64,000 nucleotides of DNA, from NCBI GenBank assembly GCA_018069465.1, contig JAGPUW010000016.1:14548-78547 (forward strand), given 5' to 3'. Source of the DNA: Gammaproteobacteria bacterium (GTDB lineage: Bacteria > Pseudomonadota > Gammaproteobacteria > Pseudomonadales > Porticoccaceae). Numbering within the stretch: position 1 is the first letter of the stretch; each line of letters starts with the position of its first letter. A program made the translations under genes and the position numbers. Shown piece after piece: positions 31,824-42,741 of the stretch. The notes beneath the pieces are model-generated. The model ran no database searches and was not told the DNA's origin. It saw only the letters and a program-made list of their open reading frames with translations.

Positions 31824-33875
31824 CTATTTGCTGGTTTCATCTTTGCGCTCAAGTAATTGTTTTATCTTGTTAATTAATTCGGGGCTGCGCTCCTCGTCAC
31901 GCAGTTCGAGCCAGATCGAGAAGGCCGTATTGCGGTCGTGGTCATCGAGCTGGCTTTTGGTGCTTAAATACTCGATTCGCTGCTCGATAGTTTGTTCACT
32001 TATGACCGCGAGAAGCAGTGAATCGACAATGTCCTGGGCCTGCTTTACATAGGCCTCGGCTACCTGGCTGGGGATATTGGCCAGCTCGGTGGCGGCGATT
32101 CTCGCCAGCAACTCACCCTGTTCCTGGCCGTGTACGCCACGCCAATAACCGAGGATATGGTTAAGAGTATAGTCGGGATTTTTCTCTAGCAAAGTGATTA
32201 AGCCTTGAAGTATGTCGATATCGGCGAGCTCTAGTTTTAGCAGGGCCTGGGTGTGCTCAAGGTTTTGTGCCAGTGCTGGGTGATTAATAAGCAATGCAAT
32301 CAGCCAGTGCAGGGGTTTTAAGGGCGGGGCTTTTTGTTCGCGCGCGGGGCGAGCTGCGGCCTTTTGGGGTTTTTGTCGGGGCTCGCCATGCTGCGGGGCG
32401 TAATCTTCTGCCGGCGGGTAGTTGTCGTCCGTGGGGTAGGGCGCGGCACCTTCATAGCTGTCGCCGTAGTCTTCGTAATTAGCGCTGTCCGGTGGTGCGG
32501 CATCCCACTGTGATGATTCCTGAGTGCTCTCTGGCGCGAGTAATTTGGTTAAGGTGTCGGTGGCGAGGCCGGTTTTTTTGGCCAGCTGGTCGAGTAAAAG
32601 CTGACGGAAAATCCCCTTTGGCAGCTGGTTGATCAGTGGTGCGGCGAGGGTGGCGAAGCGGGCGCAGTCGTCAGCTAGACTGAGGTCGAGGCCCTCTTCG
32701 CAGAGGGTAAAAAGAAAGGCTGAGAGTGGCGTGGCATTGTTGAGTAAGTGGCGAAAACGCTCGCTGCCGATTTTTCTAACCAGTGTGTCGGGATCTTCGC
32801 CTTCGTCCAGAAACAGAAACTTGGCGCTGCGCCCGTCCGTCATTTGCTCCAGGCTGGTTTCCAGAGCGCGCTTGCCCGCTTTGCGTCCGGCCTTGTCGCC
32901 ATCAAAGCAAAAGACCACTTCGCTGGTGTAGCGAAAGAGCTTTTCAAGGTGGGCTGATGATATGGCCGTGCCGAGGGTGGCCACGGCATTTTCTATGTCG
33001 TGCTGGGCCAGGGCGACGACATCCATATAGCCTTCGACGACCAGTAAATTACCATTGCTCTGGCGGCTGCGATTAGCTTCGTAGAGGCCGTACAGTTCGC
33101 GGCCCTTGTGGAAAACCGTGGTTTCCGGTGAGTTGAGATACTTGGGTTTGTCGTCGCCGAGCACGCGTCCACCAAAAGCAATGGTGCGTCCGCGAGTGTC
33201 TCTAATGGGGAAAATGATGCGTTCGCGAAAGCGGTCGTAGCGCTTGTTTTCCTCTTCGCGATTGACCAGCAGGCCGGAGTCGGTAAGCAGAGCGATCGTT
33301 TCGTCTTCGACGCTATCGTTACTTTCTAGTGCGTCATCGTTGGGTGACAGGCGGCTTTCGCAGATGGCGAGCAGCAAGTTATCCCAGCCGGGTGGGGCAT
33401 AGCCAATTTCAAAGGTGCCGGCAATTTCACCACTCAGACCCCGTTGTTTTAGATAGTCGACCGCCTGATGTGCTGTTTTATGCTGGCGCAGTTGCCGCTG
33501 ATAGAAGCGCTTGGCCTGCTCGAGTATGTCGTAGAGTGCTTTGCGCCGCTGGTCCTGCGGATTATTTTGCTGGGCCTCGCGGGGCACTTCCATGCCCACC
33601 AGTGCGCCGAGGGTTTCCACGGCCAGGGGGAAGTCGGCGTGGTCGTAGTCCATCACAAAGCCGATGGCATTGCCCCCGGCGCCGCAGCCAAAGCAGTAGT
33701 AAAACTGCTTCTCGGGGTTGACCGAAAAAGAGGGGGTTTTCTCGTCGTGGAAGGGGCAGCGTGCGGAGTGATTCTTGCCGGTTTTACGCAGTTCCAGCCG
33801 TGCGCCGATAACATCGACGATATCGACTCGGTCGAGGAGGTCGTCGATAAAGCGCTGTGGAATTAATCCGGCCAT
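31824..33875 (-). CDS. dnaG: DNA primase DnaG
   Basis: 683 aa with zinc ribbon CPFHDEKTPSFSV...YYCFGCGAGG, TOPRIM EGYMDVVAL and FCFDGDKAG, and a C-terminal DnaB-binding domain. Confidence 0.95.
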   Translation of the reverse strand: MAGLIPQRFIDDLLDRVDIVDVIGARLELRKTGKNHSARCPFHDEKTPSFSVNPEKQFYYCFGCGAGGNAIGFVMDYDHADFPLAVETLGALVGMEVPREAQQNNPQDQRRKALYDILEQAKRFYQRQLRQHKTAHQAVDYLKQRGLSGEIAGTFEIGYAPPGWDNLLLAICESRLSPNDDALESNDSVEDETIALLTDSGLLVNREEENKRYDRFRERIIFPIRDTRGRTIAFGGRVLGDDKPKYLNSPETTVFHKGRELYGLYEANRSRQSNGNLLVVEGYMDVVALAQHDIENAVATLGTAISSAHLEKLFRYTSEVVFCFDGDKAGRKAGKRALETSLEQMTDGRSAKFLFLDEGEDPDTLVRKIGSERFRHLLNNATPLSAFLFTLCEEGLDLSLADDCARFATLAAPLINQLPKGIFRQLLLDQLAKKTGLATDTLTKLLAPESTQESSQWDAAPPDSANYEDYGDSYEGAAPYPTDDNYPPAEDYAPQHGEPRQKPQKAAARPAREQKAPPLKPLHWLIALLINHPALAQNLEHTQALLKLELADIDILQGLITLLEKNPDYTLNHILGYWRGVHGQEQGELLARIAATELANIPSQVAEAYVKQAQDIVDSLLLAVISEQTIEQRIEYLSTKSQLDDHDRNTAFSIWLELRDEERSPELINKIKQLLERKDETSK

Positions 33876-33938
33876 GGGTTTTTGACGTGCAGGTGTGGCG
33901 AGCTGTTAAAAAATGGCGCTACACCTGTAGCGCAGGGT

Positions 33939-34391
33939 TTAGGACAAACGGGCTTTAATTTGCTTGCTGACGGCACCCATGTCGGCGCGGCCCTGCACCT
34001 GAGGTTTGAGAATACCCATCACCTTGCCCATATCGGACATCGCCTGGGCGCCGCTATCGGCAACGGCCTGGTCGATGAGAGCTTGCAGTTCACTGTCACT
34101 GAGCGGGGCAGGTAAAAATTCGGCGATAAGGTCGAGCTCGAGTTGCTCCTGTGCGGCCAGGTCATCGCGTCCGGCGTCCTTGAACTGGCTCAGAGAATCG
34201 CGGCGCTGCTTGCTCATTTTGTCGAGAATGGCCAGCACGCGCGTGTCGTCGAGTTCAATGCGCTCGTCGACTTCAAAGCGCTTAATCTCAGCTTGAATCA
34301 GGCGAATAGTGCCGAGTCGAGGCTTGTCTTTGGCGCGCATCGCGGCTTTCATTTCTGCGTGGAGGCGTACTTTCAGTGTTTCTTCGCTCAT
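33939..34391 (-). CDS. yqeY: GatB/YqeY-domain protein
   Basis: Start taken at ATG 34391 (MSEETLKVRLHAEMKAAMRAKDK.RL.TIRLIQAEIK...). The YqeY pattern includes RRDS...F..AGR.DL...E..E...I..FLP, and the gene lies between rpsU and dnaG. Confidence 0.75.
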   Translation of the reverse strand: MSEETLKVRLHAEMKAAMRAKDKPRLGTIRLIQAEIKRFEVDERIELDDTRVLAILDKMSKQRRDSLSQFKDAGRDDLAAQEQLELDLIAEFLPAPLSDSELQALIDQAVADSGAQAMSDMGKVMGILKPQVQGRADMGAVSKQIKARLS

Positions 34392-34554
34392 GGCAATTTC
34401 CCGGCTCGTCGAGGTGATTTTAGAATTGTTTGGTGGCTGCAAAGGCGCTGCATTAATCGCTGAAAGCTTAGCTATATTGAGAGCTGCTGCCAAGCTAGTA
34501 AATACTGGCTTGTTGGTTGAGCAGTGGTCAGCAGCGAGAAATAGCCAGAAACGA

Positions 34555-34586
34555 AAAAAGCGCCGACATGCGACGCTTTTTTTATC
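34555..34586 (-). terminator. Possible attenuator or terminator hairpin downstream of rpsU
   Basis: The minus strand reads aaaaaaaGCGUCGcaugUCGGCGCuuuuuu: a 6-bp stem with one G-U pair, followed by a U-run. Confidence 0.4.
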
Positions 34587-34744
34587 TGCGAGTATTGAGC
34601 GGCTACTTATCTCGGGCCTATCTTTATAGGCTCAAGCCTATGTGCTCTCAAGCAGCGCTCTGTAAAGTGAGCGGCTTAAGTCGAGCAGGCTGTTAGTTAA
34701 GTAGGGCAATACGGCAGAGCAAACTTACACTGAAAACAGAGTGT

Positions 34745-34960
34745 TTAGTACATCCGTTGCAGTTTGCGCGACTCGCGTTGTACTTTTTTGGCGTGACGCT
34801 TAACGGCAGCAGCAGCTTTACGCTTGCGGCACCATGTAGGCTTCTCGTAAAACTCGCGACGGCGAACCTCGGCGAGAATACCGGCTTTTTCGCAAGAGCG
34901 CTTAAAACGACGCAGGGCGATATCGAAAGGTTCGTTTTCTTTAAGGCGTACTGAAGGCAT
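34745..34960 (-). CDS. rpsU: 30S ribosomal protein S21
   Basis: 71 aa, [42 protein letters not shown]. Confidence 0.95.
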   Translation of the reverse strand: MPSVRLKENEPFDIALRRFKRSCEKAGILAEVRRREFYEKPTWCRKRKAAAAVKRHAKKVQRESRKLQRMY

Positions 34961-35225
34961 CTATCCTCTTTCCTGTTTCTTAGCTATCTGTTAACTATCT
35001 GAGTTCCGGGCTTAGGCTTTTTTATCAGCATAAGCCTCATAAAATTTGGCTACAGCCCCTCTTGGGGTCGCGTATTCTATACACTTGTCCTTCGGGGTGC
35101 AAAAGTTTTTTACGCTAATGGCTTTGCTTAAGGCCATGAAATCGGGTGGTTTTCACGGGCGTTGCACATTATTATGCGCTCGGACGATTTTAGCTTGGCT
35201 ATTTTGATGGCTTTCGAGGAGAAAG

Positions 35226-36290
35226 ATGCGAGTACTGGGCATAGAAACATCCTGTGATGAAACTGGCGTAGCGATCTACGACAGTGCAGCAGGTCTGCTG
35301 GCCGATGCCTTATATAGTCAGGTTGAGGTGCACGCCGATTACGGCGGCGTGGTGCCAGAGCTAGCTTCGCGAGACCACGTGCGCAAATTGCTGCCGATGA
35401 TCCGCCAAATACTGGCCGAGGCTGCATTGCAGCCCGGCGATATCGACGGCATCGCTTATACCGCAGGCCCTGGCTTGATCGGCGCGTTGATGGTGGGCGG
35501 CTCGGTGGGGCGTTCTTTGGGTTATGCCTGGGACGTGCCGACCATTGGCGTGCACCACATGGAAGGCCATTTATTGGCGCCCATGCTGGAAGCGCAGCCA
35601 CCCGCGTACCCCTTTATTGCGCTGCTGGTTTCCGGCGGGCACACTCAGTTGGTCAATGTGCAGAATATAGGTGAATACGAAATTCTGGGTGAGTCTCTCG
35701 ACGATGCCGCTGGCGAAGCGTTTGATAAAGCCGCGAAAATGCTCGACATGGATTACCCCGGTGGCCCTCGTATCGCCAAGCTGGCAGAAAAGGGCGAGGC
35801 CGGGCGCTTTCGTTTCCCCCGGCCGATGTGTGATCGCCCCGGTCTCGATTTCAGTTTTTCCGGTTTGAAGACCTACACTTTAAATACCGTTGCCGCCGAG
35901 CGCGGCGACGACGTGCTGCCCGATGAGCAAACTCGGGCCGATATTGCCTGGGCTTTTCAGGATGCTGTGGTCGATACGCTGGTGATTAAATGTCGTCGTG
36001 CTATTAAAGAAAGCGGGCTGAAAACCCTGGTGATTGCCGGTGGCGTGTCGGCCAATATTTGCCTGCGTGAGCGTCTTGAAAAGGCGTTGGCTAAATTTGA
36101 TGCCAAGGTATTCTATGCCCGCAATGCCTTTTGTACCGACAACGGTGCAATGATCGCCTACGCCGGTTGCCAGCGCCTGATGGCCGGGCAACACGATGAC
36201 CTGAGTATTCGCGCCGTGCCGCGCTGGCCCCTCGATACTTTACCGCCCTTACAAAATAAGCAGGCTGTCGCCACAGCTGCAGAGGAATAA
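35226..36290 (+). CDS. tsaD: tRNA N6-adenosine threonylcarbamoyltransferase TsaD
   Basis: 354 aa, [19 protein letters not shown], with [10 protein letters not shown] and GGVSAN. Divergent from rpsU, as in E. coli. Confidence 0.95.
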   Translation: MRVLGIETSCDETGVAIYDSAAGLLADALYSQVEVHADYGGVVPELASRDHVRKLLPMIRQILAEAALQPGDIDGIAYTAGPGLIGALMVGGSVGRSLGYAWDVPTIGVHHMEGHLLAPMLEAQPPAYPFIALLVSGGHTQLVNVQNIGEYEILGESLDDAAGEAFDKAAKMLDMDYPGGPRIAKLAEKGEAGRFRFPRPMCDRPGLDFSFSGLKTYTLNTVAAERGDDVLPDEQTRADIAWAFQDAVVDTLVIKCRRAIKESGLKTLVIAGGVSANICLRERLEKALAKFDAKVFYARNAFCTDNGAMIAYAGCQRLMAGQHDDLSIRAVPRWPLDTLPPLQNKQAVATAAEE

Positions 36291-36293
36291 ACC

Positions 36294-36653
36294 ATGGATA
36301 TTGTTTATATCCGCGATTTACAGATTGAAACCATTATCGGTATTTACGATTGGGAGCGCGAAGTGCGCCAAACTATCTCCCTCGATCTGGAGATGGGCGC
36401 CGATATTCGCCAGGCCGCCGCGAGCGATGACATTGCCCACACCCTCAATTACAAAGCGGTGGCGAAACGCATAATCGCCTTTGTTGAAAATTCCCAATGT
36501 TTATTGGTGGAGCGGCTCGCCGAAGAGATCGCGACTATTGTGCTCGGTGAATTTAATGTGCCGTGGTTGAAGCTGCGCCTCAGCAAGCCGGGGGCGCTAC
36601 GCGGCTCCAAAGATGTTGGTATTATCATTGAGCGCGGAGAGAAGCCAGCATGA
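36294..36653 (+). CDS. folB: Dihydroneopterin aldolase FolB
   Basis: 119 aa, MDIVYIRDLQIETIIGIYDWEREVRQ, with TLNYKAV. Overlaps the folK start (ATGA). Confidence 0.85.
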   Translation: MDIVYIRDLQIETIIGIYDWEREVRQTISLDLEMGADIRQAAASDDIAHTLNYKAVAKRIIAFVENSQCLLVERLAEEIATIVLGEFNVPWLKLRLSKPGALRGSKDVGIIIERGEKPA

Positions 36654-37180
36654 GTGCTTCTGTTTTGCGTCGGGTTTACCTGAGTCTTGGCAGTAATATT
36701 GATCGAGAAAAAAACATACTCGCCTGTCTCGATGCACTTGCCGAACAGTTTGGCGAATTAATTATTTCGCCAGTTTACGAAAGTGAGGCCGTGGGCTTTA
36801 CTGGGGATAGTTTCTATAACCTGGTCGTCGGTATCGATAGTGCACTGAGTGTTGGCGAGCTCGCCGTGTTAATGCGCGAAATTGAATACGCCAACAAGCG
36901 CAGCCGCGCGGGGCCGAAGTTTGGCCCGCGAACACTGGATATCGATATTCTCACCTGTGGCGAATTGACGGGCCTGATCGATGGCGTCGCTCTACCCAGA
37001 GATGAAGTAATAGAAAATGCCTTTGTACTTCTACCCCTTGTCGATATTGCTGGGGATGAAAAACACCCCCTCAGTGGCAAGGCCTATCGCGATATCGCTA
37101 AAAATTTTTCAGGTGGCGAGCAAAGGTTGTGGCGCATTGATTTCAGCTGGCAGGGGAAAATAATTTCAAAGGTCGAATAG
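36650..37180 (+). CDS. folK: 2-amino-4-hydroxy-6-hydroxymethyldihydropteridine diphosphokinase FolK
   Basis: 176 aa with YLSLGSNIDRE, SPVYESEAVG, GPRTLDIDIL and PLPRDEV-like motifs. Confidence 0.85.
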   Translation: MSASVLRRVYLSLGSNIDREKNILACLDALAEQFGELIISPVYESEAVGFTGDSFYNLVVGIDSALSVGELAVLMREIEYANKRSRAGPKFGPRTLDIDILTCGELTGLIDGVALPRDEVIENAFVLLPLVDIAGDEKHPLSGKAYRDIAKNFSGGEQRLWRIDFSWQGKIISKVE

Positions 37181-37204
37181 CGATCGTTGCTTGTTTTCGA
37201 GAAT

Positions 37205-37246
37205 AAAAAGGCCGTCGAAAAATATTTTATCGGCGGCCTTTTTTTG
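37205..37246. terminator. Bidirectional terminator between folK and the Hsp20 gene
   Basis: aaaaaGGCCGtCGAaaaatattttaTCGgCGGCCttttttt between convergent genes. Confidence 0.6.
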
Positions 37247-37267
37247 ATCTCGATTTAATCTTTAAAC

Positions 37268-37699
37268 TTAGCCGCCAATTTCAATACGACGCTTTTGCGG
37301 GGCTTCATCCGGTGATTTTGGTGCCTTAAGTTTGAGAATGCCATCGGTAAAGTCAGCGCTAATATCTTTTTCGTGAATATTGTTGCCGAGTGTAAAGCTG
37401 CGCAGGTACTTGCCGTAGCGACGCTCCTGGCGGATGACTTTGCCATTCTCCTCCTCTTTGTCTTCGCTGGATGTTTCGGCGCTGATTGACAGCACGCCAT
37501 CCTCCAGAGTGACGTGAATATCGTCCTTTTTGACACCGGGTAACTCTGCTGTTATTTGATAGCAATTATCCAGTTCTTTTATATCTACCCGTGGTGCGAA
37601 AAAACCACTCTCCGGCGTTTCCGATTTAGTGGTGGGTGCCCAATAATTATCGAACACGCGGTCAATATCAAAAAAATTGCCTCGGGGTGCGAGTGCCAT
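37268..37699 (-). CDS. Small heat-shock protein (Hsp20/alpha-crystallin, IbpA-like)
   Basis: 143 aa with an alpha-crystallin domain: PRVDIKELDNCYQITAELPGVKKDDIHVTLEDGVLSISAE ... GKYLRSFTL ... ADFTDGILKLKAPK. Confidence 0.85.
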   Translation of the reverse strand: MALAPRGNFFDIDRVFDNYWAPTTKSETPESGFFAPRVDIKELDNCYQITAELPGVKKDDIHVTLEDGVLSISAETSSEDKEEENGKVIRQERRYGKYLRSFTLGNNIHEKDISADFTDGILKLKAPKSPDEAPQKRRIEIGG

Positions 37700-37742
37700 G
37701 GTGGAACCTCCGTTCGTTAATATTCATTCACTACGAAGGTAA

Positions 37743-37770
37743 TAATGGGATGCTTTAATTACTTTTCAAG
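37743..37770 (-). promoter_or_regulatory. Candidate sigma-32 (heat-shock) promoter of the Hsp20 gene
   Basis: The minus strand reads CTTGAAA-agtaattaaagca(13 nt)-TCCCATTAT. The RpoH consensus is CTTGAAA-N13-15-CCCCATNT. The -10 element ends about 43 nt upstream of the ATG. Confidence 0.5.
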
Positions 37771-37815
37771 AGAATGGGGCAATAGAAAGGTTTTTATTGA
37801 TATGAATCAAGCGGA

Positions 37816-38553
37816 TTAGCTGAGGTGTTTGCCGCCATCGACAGCGATAGTTTGTCCGGTTATATAGCTGGCGTTGTTAATAAAGAAATCTGCCAGTCGG
37901 GCAATATCGTCACTGCTACCCATGCGCTGCAGTGGAATAGATTTTAATAACTTTTCTTGTTCTCCCTTTTTGTTGTCATTTTCAGGCCAGAGAATAACGC
38001 CGGGTGCAATGCCGTTAACTCTCACCCGGGGGGCGAGTTCTTTGGCCAGGGTTTTGGTCAGCATTTTATTGCCCGCTTTAGCGATGCAATAAATACTGTG
38101 GTTTTTTAAAGGTTGTGCGGCGTGAATGTCGGCAATATTGACGATGCTTCCGCAGCGGGTTTTTAGCTCATCGGCCAGTGCCTGACAGAGAAAGTAGGGG
38201 CCTTTTAGATTGCTGCCGACGAGTTCGTCCCACTGCTGTTCAGTCGCGCTGCCCAGTGGTGTGGGGTAAAAACTGGAGGCGTTATTGACCAGTGCATTGA
38301 CCTGGCCCCAACGGGCGACGCTGTCTTTGGCCAGTTGCTGCACGCTGGCAGTATCGAGCAAGTTGGCTTGCAGGCTGTGGGCCGAGTCGCTGCGTATTTG
38401 ATTGAGCTGGGCGCAAAGTGCTGCTGCCTCGGTGGCGGAGTGTTGGTAGTGAATAATCACCCGATAGCCCCGCCCGTGCAGTCGGCTGGCAATGGCCGCG
38501 CCAATGCGTCGCGCGGCACCGGTAATCAGTGCCACGGGTGCTGGCTCAGTCAT
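37816..38553 (-). CDS. Short-chain dehydrogenase/reductase, pteridine reductase (FolM/PTR1)-like
   Basis: Start taken at ATG 38553 (MTEPAPVALITGAARRIGAAIA), overlapping the cca stop by 8 nt. Catalytic motif YCIAK and NGIAPG are present. The pteridine-reductase call is an inference from the folate-gene neighbourhood and the TGxxRRIG motif. Confidence 0.55.
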   Translation of the reverse strand: MTEPAPVALITGAARRIGAAIASRLHGRGYRVIIHYQHSATEAAALCAQLNQIRSDSAHSLQANLLDTASVQQLAKDSVARWGQVNALVNNASSFYPTPLGSATEQQWDELVGSNLKGPYFLCQALADELKTRCGSIVNIADIHAAQPLKNHSIYCIAKAGNKMLTKTLAKELAPRVRVNGIAPGVILWPENDNKKGEQEKLLKSIPLQRMGSSDDIARLADFFINNASYITGQTIAVDGGKHLS

Positions 38554-39790
38554 GGTCGCGTTGGTCGTCGTGCTTGCGCTTATAGTTAGCAATGCATTCA
38601 AGGCGTTTGCTGTCCATCGCCTCGCCGATAGCGGCTCCGCTCAGGCCGGCAGCAATAAATTCGGCGCTGGTAATAGTTTTTACCTGTTCGGCTAAATCTT
38701 GCAGCCAGGGCGCGGCGGGGTAGGCGCTGTCTTCAAAGCCAGTGCGGCCACGGGCATCGGCCTCGCAGGCGAGCAGAAAGCAGGGCAGTAGCTCGGGCCT
38801 GCGGAAAATATCGAGGCCTTTTAGCACCTTCAACACGGTGCCGGGGCGCAGGCCTTTAATTTTGTGGCAGCGCAGATGATAGCGAGTGACGATAATGGCC
38901 AGACGGCGAAAGCGATTGGGCACGCGCAAGCGCTCACAAAAGGCCTCTACCAATGGCACGCCCGCCTCTTCGTGGCCAATGTGGCGGGGCAGAATATCGG
39001 CGGGTGTAATGCCTTTGCCCAGGTCGTGCATCATCACTGCAAAGCGCACCTCGGGCCTGTCGCTCAATTGTGTGGCTTGATCCAGCGCCATCAGCAAGTG
39101 AATGCCGGTGTCGACCTCGGGGTGAAAATCGGCCCGCTGGGGAACGCCAAACAGTTGTTCCAGCTCGGGGAAAAGTATTGGCAGCGCGCCGCACTCGCGC
39201 AGCACTTCAATATACGTGCGGGGGGAGCCTTCGGACAGAGCCTTGAGGGTTTCGCGCCAGACTCGCTCGGGCGTCAAATATTGCAGCTCGCCACTGGCGG
39301 CGATGGCCTTCATTAATTGCAGGGTTTCATCGGCGATGGTGAAGCCGAGGTGGCGAAAGCGGGCGGCGAAGCGAGCGACCCGCAGTACGCGCAAGGGGTC
39401 TTCTGTAAAGGCCTCCGAGACGTGGCGCAGTTGTTTGTTGGCGATGTCCCGCTGGCCGCCGTAGGGGTCGACCAGCTCGCCGTCGGGAGTTTCGGCGATG
39501 GCGTTAATGGTCAGGTCGCGGCGCGATAAATCCTGTTCGAGAGTTACCGTTACATCGGTATGAAACACAAAGCCCTGATAGCCGTGGCCGTTCTTGCGCT
39601 CGGTGCGGGCGAGGGCATATTCCTCACCGGTGTCGGGATGTAAAAATACCGGAAAGTCGCTACCCACGGTGCGAAAGCCCAGTTGCTCCAGCTCCTGAGG
39701 CTCTGCACCAACCACCACCCAGTCGTGCTCTGTGGGCACGATGCCGAGCAGTTTGTCGCGCACTGCGCCACCGACTAAATAAATATCCAT
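38546..39790 (-). CDS. cca: Multifunctional CCA-adding tRNA nucleotidyltransferase with HD domain
   Basis: MDIYLVGGAVRDKLLG..DWVVVG, RRDLTINA, and an HD-domain motif AVMMHDLGKG. ATG 39790 is preferred to the upstream TTG at 39802. Confidence 0.9.
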   Translation of the reverse strand: MDIYLVGGAVRDKLLGIVPTEHDWVVVGAEPQELEQLGFRTVGSDFPVFLHPDTGEEYALARTERKNGHGYQGFVFHTDVTVTLEQDLSRRDLTINAIAETPDGELVDPYGGQRDIANKQLRHVSEAFTEDPLRVLRVARFAARFRHLGFTIADETLQLMKAIAASGELQYLTPERVWRETLKALSEGSPRTYIEVLRECGALPILFPELEQLFGVPQRADFHPEVDTGIHLLMALDQATQLSDRPEVRFAVMMHDLGKGITPADILPRHIGHEEAGVPLVEAFCERLRVPNRFRRLAIIVTRYHLRCHKIKGLRPGTVLKVLKGLDIFRRPELLPCFLLACEADARGRTGFEDSAYPAAPWLQDLAEQVKTITSAEFIAAGLSGAAIGEAMDSKRLECIANYKRKHDDQRDHD

Positions 39791-39885
39791 GTGCTCACTC
39801 AACTCCGGGCCGCGTCTGTCTTAAAGGGAAGAAACTTTCCTTCTCATGCAAAGGTCTCTCTTTATATTAGCCCTTATTGATGCTT

Positions 39886-42741
39886 TTAGGCTGAGTGCTT
39901 TTGTCGATCAAGCAAAGGTTTTAAAAAATGTCCGGTGTGTGAGCCGGGCGTGTCGCCGACTTGTTCCGGCGTACCCGTGGCGATAATTCTGCCGCCGCCA
40001 CTGCCGCCCTCTGGCCCCAGGTCAATCACCCAGTCGGCGGTTTTAATGACATCAAGGTTGTGTTCAATCACCACCACGGTATTGCCGTGGTCGCGAAAGC
40101 GGTGCAGCACGGTCAGCAATTGCTGAATGTCGTGAAAGTGCAGGCCGGTGGTGGGTTCGTCGAGTATGTACAGGGTTTTGCCGGTGTCGCGCTTGGACAG
40201 CTCGCGGGACAGCTTCACCCGCTGCGCCTCACCACCCGACAAGGTAGTCGCCGCCTGTCCCAGTTTAATATAGGACAGGCCGACGTCGGTCAGTGTTTGC
40301 AGTTTGGTGGCGATGCTCGGCACCGGGTTGAAAAACTCCAGGGCGTCTTCAATGGTCATATCCAGCACCTGATGAATATTCTTGCCCTTGTAGCGAATCT
40401 CAAGGGTTTCGCGGTTATAGCGTGCGCCTTTGCAGGTGTCGCACATCACGTATACGTCGGGTAGAAAGTGCATCTCTACCTTTTTAACACCGTCGCCCTG
40501 ACAGGCTTCGCAGCGTCCGCCCTTTACGTTAAAGCTGAAGCGGCCAACTTTATAGCCTCGTGAGCGGGCCTCCTGCGTGCCCGCGAATAATTCCCGCACC
40601 GGTGTAAAAATGCCGGTGTAGGTTGCCGGGTTGGAGCGCGGCGTGCGACCGATAGGGCTTTGGTCAATATCGACGCACTTGTCGAGCTGCTCAAGCCCGC
40701 TGACACTGGTGTGCGGTGCGGGCGTTAGCGTCGTGGCTTTATTCAGGGCCGTTGCCGCTAGCGGGTAGAGGGTTTCGTTAATCAGTGTCGATTTGCCCGA
40801 GCCAGAAACGCCGGTAATGCAGGTCAGCAAGCCGATGGGGATATCAATATCGACCGCTTGCAGATTGTTGCCATCAACCCCCCTGAGGCAGAGCTGATTG
40901 TCAGCGTCGTTTGGCGTGCGTATAGCGGGTACGGCAATGGATTTTCTACCGGAGAGATAGTCGCCGGTCAGCGAACGTTCTTCGGCAAGAATATCCTCAA
41001 CCTGGCCACAGGCGATCACCTCGCCGCCGTGCACCCCGGCACCGGGGCCAATGTCGACCACAAAGTCAGCGGCGCGAATCGCCTCTTCGTCGTGCTCGAC
41101 CACAATCACGGTATTGCCGAGATCGCGCAGACGAACCAGGGTGTTTAACAGGCGGGCGTTGTCGCGCTGGTGCAGACCGATGGAGGGCTCGTCGAGAATA
41201 TACATCACCCCGACCAGTCCCGCGCCAATCTGGCTGGCCAGACGAATCCGCTGGGCCTCACCGCCGGAGAGCGTCTCGGCGCTGCGGTCGAGGGTTAAAT
41301 AGTTAAGCCCCACATCGACCAGAAAGTGCAGGCGGTCGCGAATCTCCTTCAAAATTTGTTCGGCGATGGCCGCTTGCTGGCCACTGAGATTGAGCTTTTG
41401 GTAGTAGTCGGCGAGACCGCCAATCGACAGTGCGGTGATTTGGGGCAGGCTTTTGTCATCAATAAAAACATGGCGTGCGGCTTTGTTGAGCCGTTGGCCG
41501 CCGCAGTCGGGGCAGGACTGGGTGTTCTGATATTTGCTCAGTTCTTCGCGCACCGTTTGGGATTCGGTCTCCCGATAGCGGCGCTCCATATTGGGAATAA
41601 TGCCTTCAAAACTGTGGGTGCGCTTGTACACGCTGCCGCGATCATTAATGTAGTTGAAGGCGATCTCTTCGCTGCCGCTACCAAATAGCACCTTTTGCTG
41701 CTGGGCTGAGCTCAGCTCTTCAAAGGGGGTGTCGATGTTAAAGCCGTAGTGAGTGGCCAGCGAGGTGAGCATGTTGAAATAAAACAGATTGCGCCGGTCC
41801 CAGCCGCGTATCGCCCCCTCTGAAATCGTTGCCTCCGGGTGTTGCACCACCCGGTCAATGTCGAAAAACTGCTTGTTACCCAGGCCATCACAACCGGGGC
41901 AGGCACCGGAGGGATTGTTAAAAGAAAACACCCGAGGCTCAAGCTCGTTAATACTGTAGTTGCACACCGGGCAGGCAAAGCGCGCCGAAAAAATGCGATC
42001 GGGCTGGGGCTTGCCGTCATCGCCATCATCCATAAAGGCCGCCAGCACCAGGCCCTCTGACAGGGTCAGGGCAGTCTCGATAGACTCCGAGAGGCGCAGG
42101 GCAATGTCGTCGCGCACCTTAATGCGGTCGATCACCACTTCAATGGTGTGCTTTTTGTTCTTCTCCAGCGCAGGCAATTCGTCGAGTTCAAACACCCGGC
42201 CATCGACCCGGGCGCGAATAAAACCCTGGGCGCGCAACTGATCAAACACATGCAAATGCTCACCCTTGCGCTCGCGAATCAGCGGCGCAATGATCATCAG
42301 GCGGGTATCTTCGCCCAGCGCCAGTATCTGGTCGACCATCTGGCTAACCGTTTGCGCCGCCAGTGCTTCATCGTGCTCGGGGCAACGCGGCTCGCCCGTG
42401 CGTGCGTAGAGCAAGCGCAGGTAATCGTAAATCTCGGTGATAGTACCGACAGTAGAGCGCGGATTGTGGGACGTCGACTTTTGCTCGATGGAGATAGCGG
42501 GCGACAGACCCTCAATGTGGTCAATATCCGGCTTCTCCATCATCGACAAAAACTGCCGCGCATAAGCGGAGAGTGATTCGACATAACGCCGCTGACCCTC
42601 GGCATACAAGGTGTCAAAGGCCAGTGACGACTTGCCCGAGCCCGACAGCCCGGTGATGACCACCAGCTTGTCGCGGGGCAAATCCAGATCGATGTTCTTA
42701 AGGTTGTGGGTACGTGCACCGCGGAGTTTGATGTATTTCAT
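39886..42741 (-). CDS. uvrA: Excinuclease ABC subunit A
   Basis: 951 aa, [41 protein letters not shown], with a second Walker [11 protein letters not shown], zinc modules and two LSGGE signatures. Confidence 0.97.
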   Translation of the reverse strand: MKYIKLRGARTHNLKNIDLDLPRDKLVVITGLSGSGKSSLAFDTLYAEGQRRYVESLSAYARQFLSMMEKPDIDHIEGLSPAISIEQKSTSHNPRSTVGTITEIYDYLRLLYARTGEPRCPEHDEALAAQTVSQMVDQILALGEDTRLMIIAPLIRERKGEHLHVFDQLRAQGFIRARVDGRVFELDELPALEKNKKHTIEVVIDRIKVRDDIALRLSESIETALTLSEGLVLAAFMDDGDDGKPQPDRIFSARFACPVCNYSINELEPRVFSFNNPSGACPGCDGLGNKQFFDIDRVVQHPEATISEGAIRGWDRRNLFYFNMLTSLATHYGFNIDTPFEELSSAQQQKVLFGSGSEEIAFNYINDRGSVYKRTHSFEGIIPNMERRYRETESQTVREELSKYQNTQSCPDCGGQRLNKAARHVFIDDKSLPQITALSIGGLADYYQKLNLSGQQAAIAEQILKEIRDRLHFLVDVGLNYLTLDRSAETLSGGEAQRIRLASQIGAGLVGVMYILDEPSIGLHQRDNARLLNTLVRLRDLGNTVIVVEHDEEAIRAADFVVDIGPGAGVHGGEVIACGQVEDILAEERSLTGDYLSGRKSIAVPAIRTPNDADNQLCLRGVDGNNLQAVDIDIPIGLLTCITGVSGSGKSTLINETLYPLAATALNKATTLTPAPHTSVSGLEQLDKCVDIDQSPIGRTPRSNPATYTGIFTPVRELFAGTQEARSRGYKVGRFSFNVKGGRCEACQGDGVKKVEMHFLPDVYVMCDTCKGARYNRETLEIRYKGKNIHQVLDMTIEDALEFFNPVPSIATKLQTLTDVGLSYIKLGQAATTLSGGEAQRVKLSRELSKRDTGKTLYILDEPTTGLHFHDIQQLLTVLHRFRDHGNTVVVIEHNLDVIKTADWVIDLGPEGGSGGGRIIATGTPEQVGDTPGSHTGHFLKPLLDRQKHSA

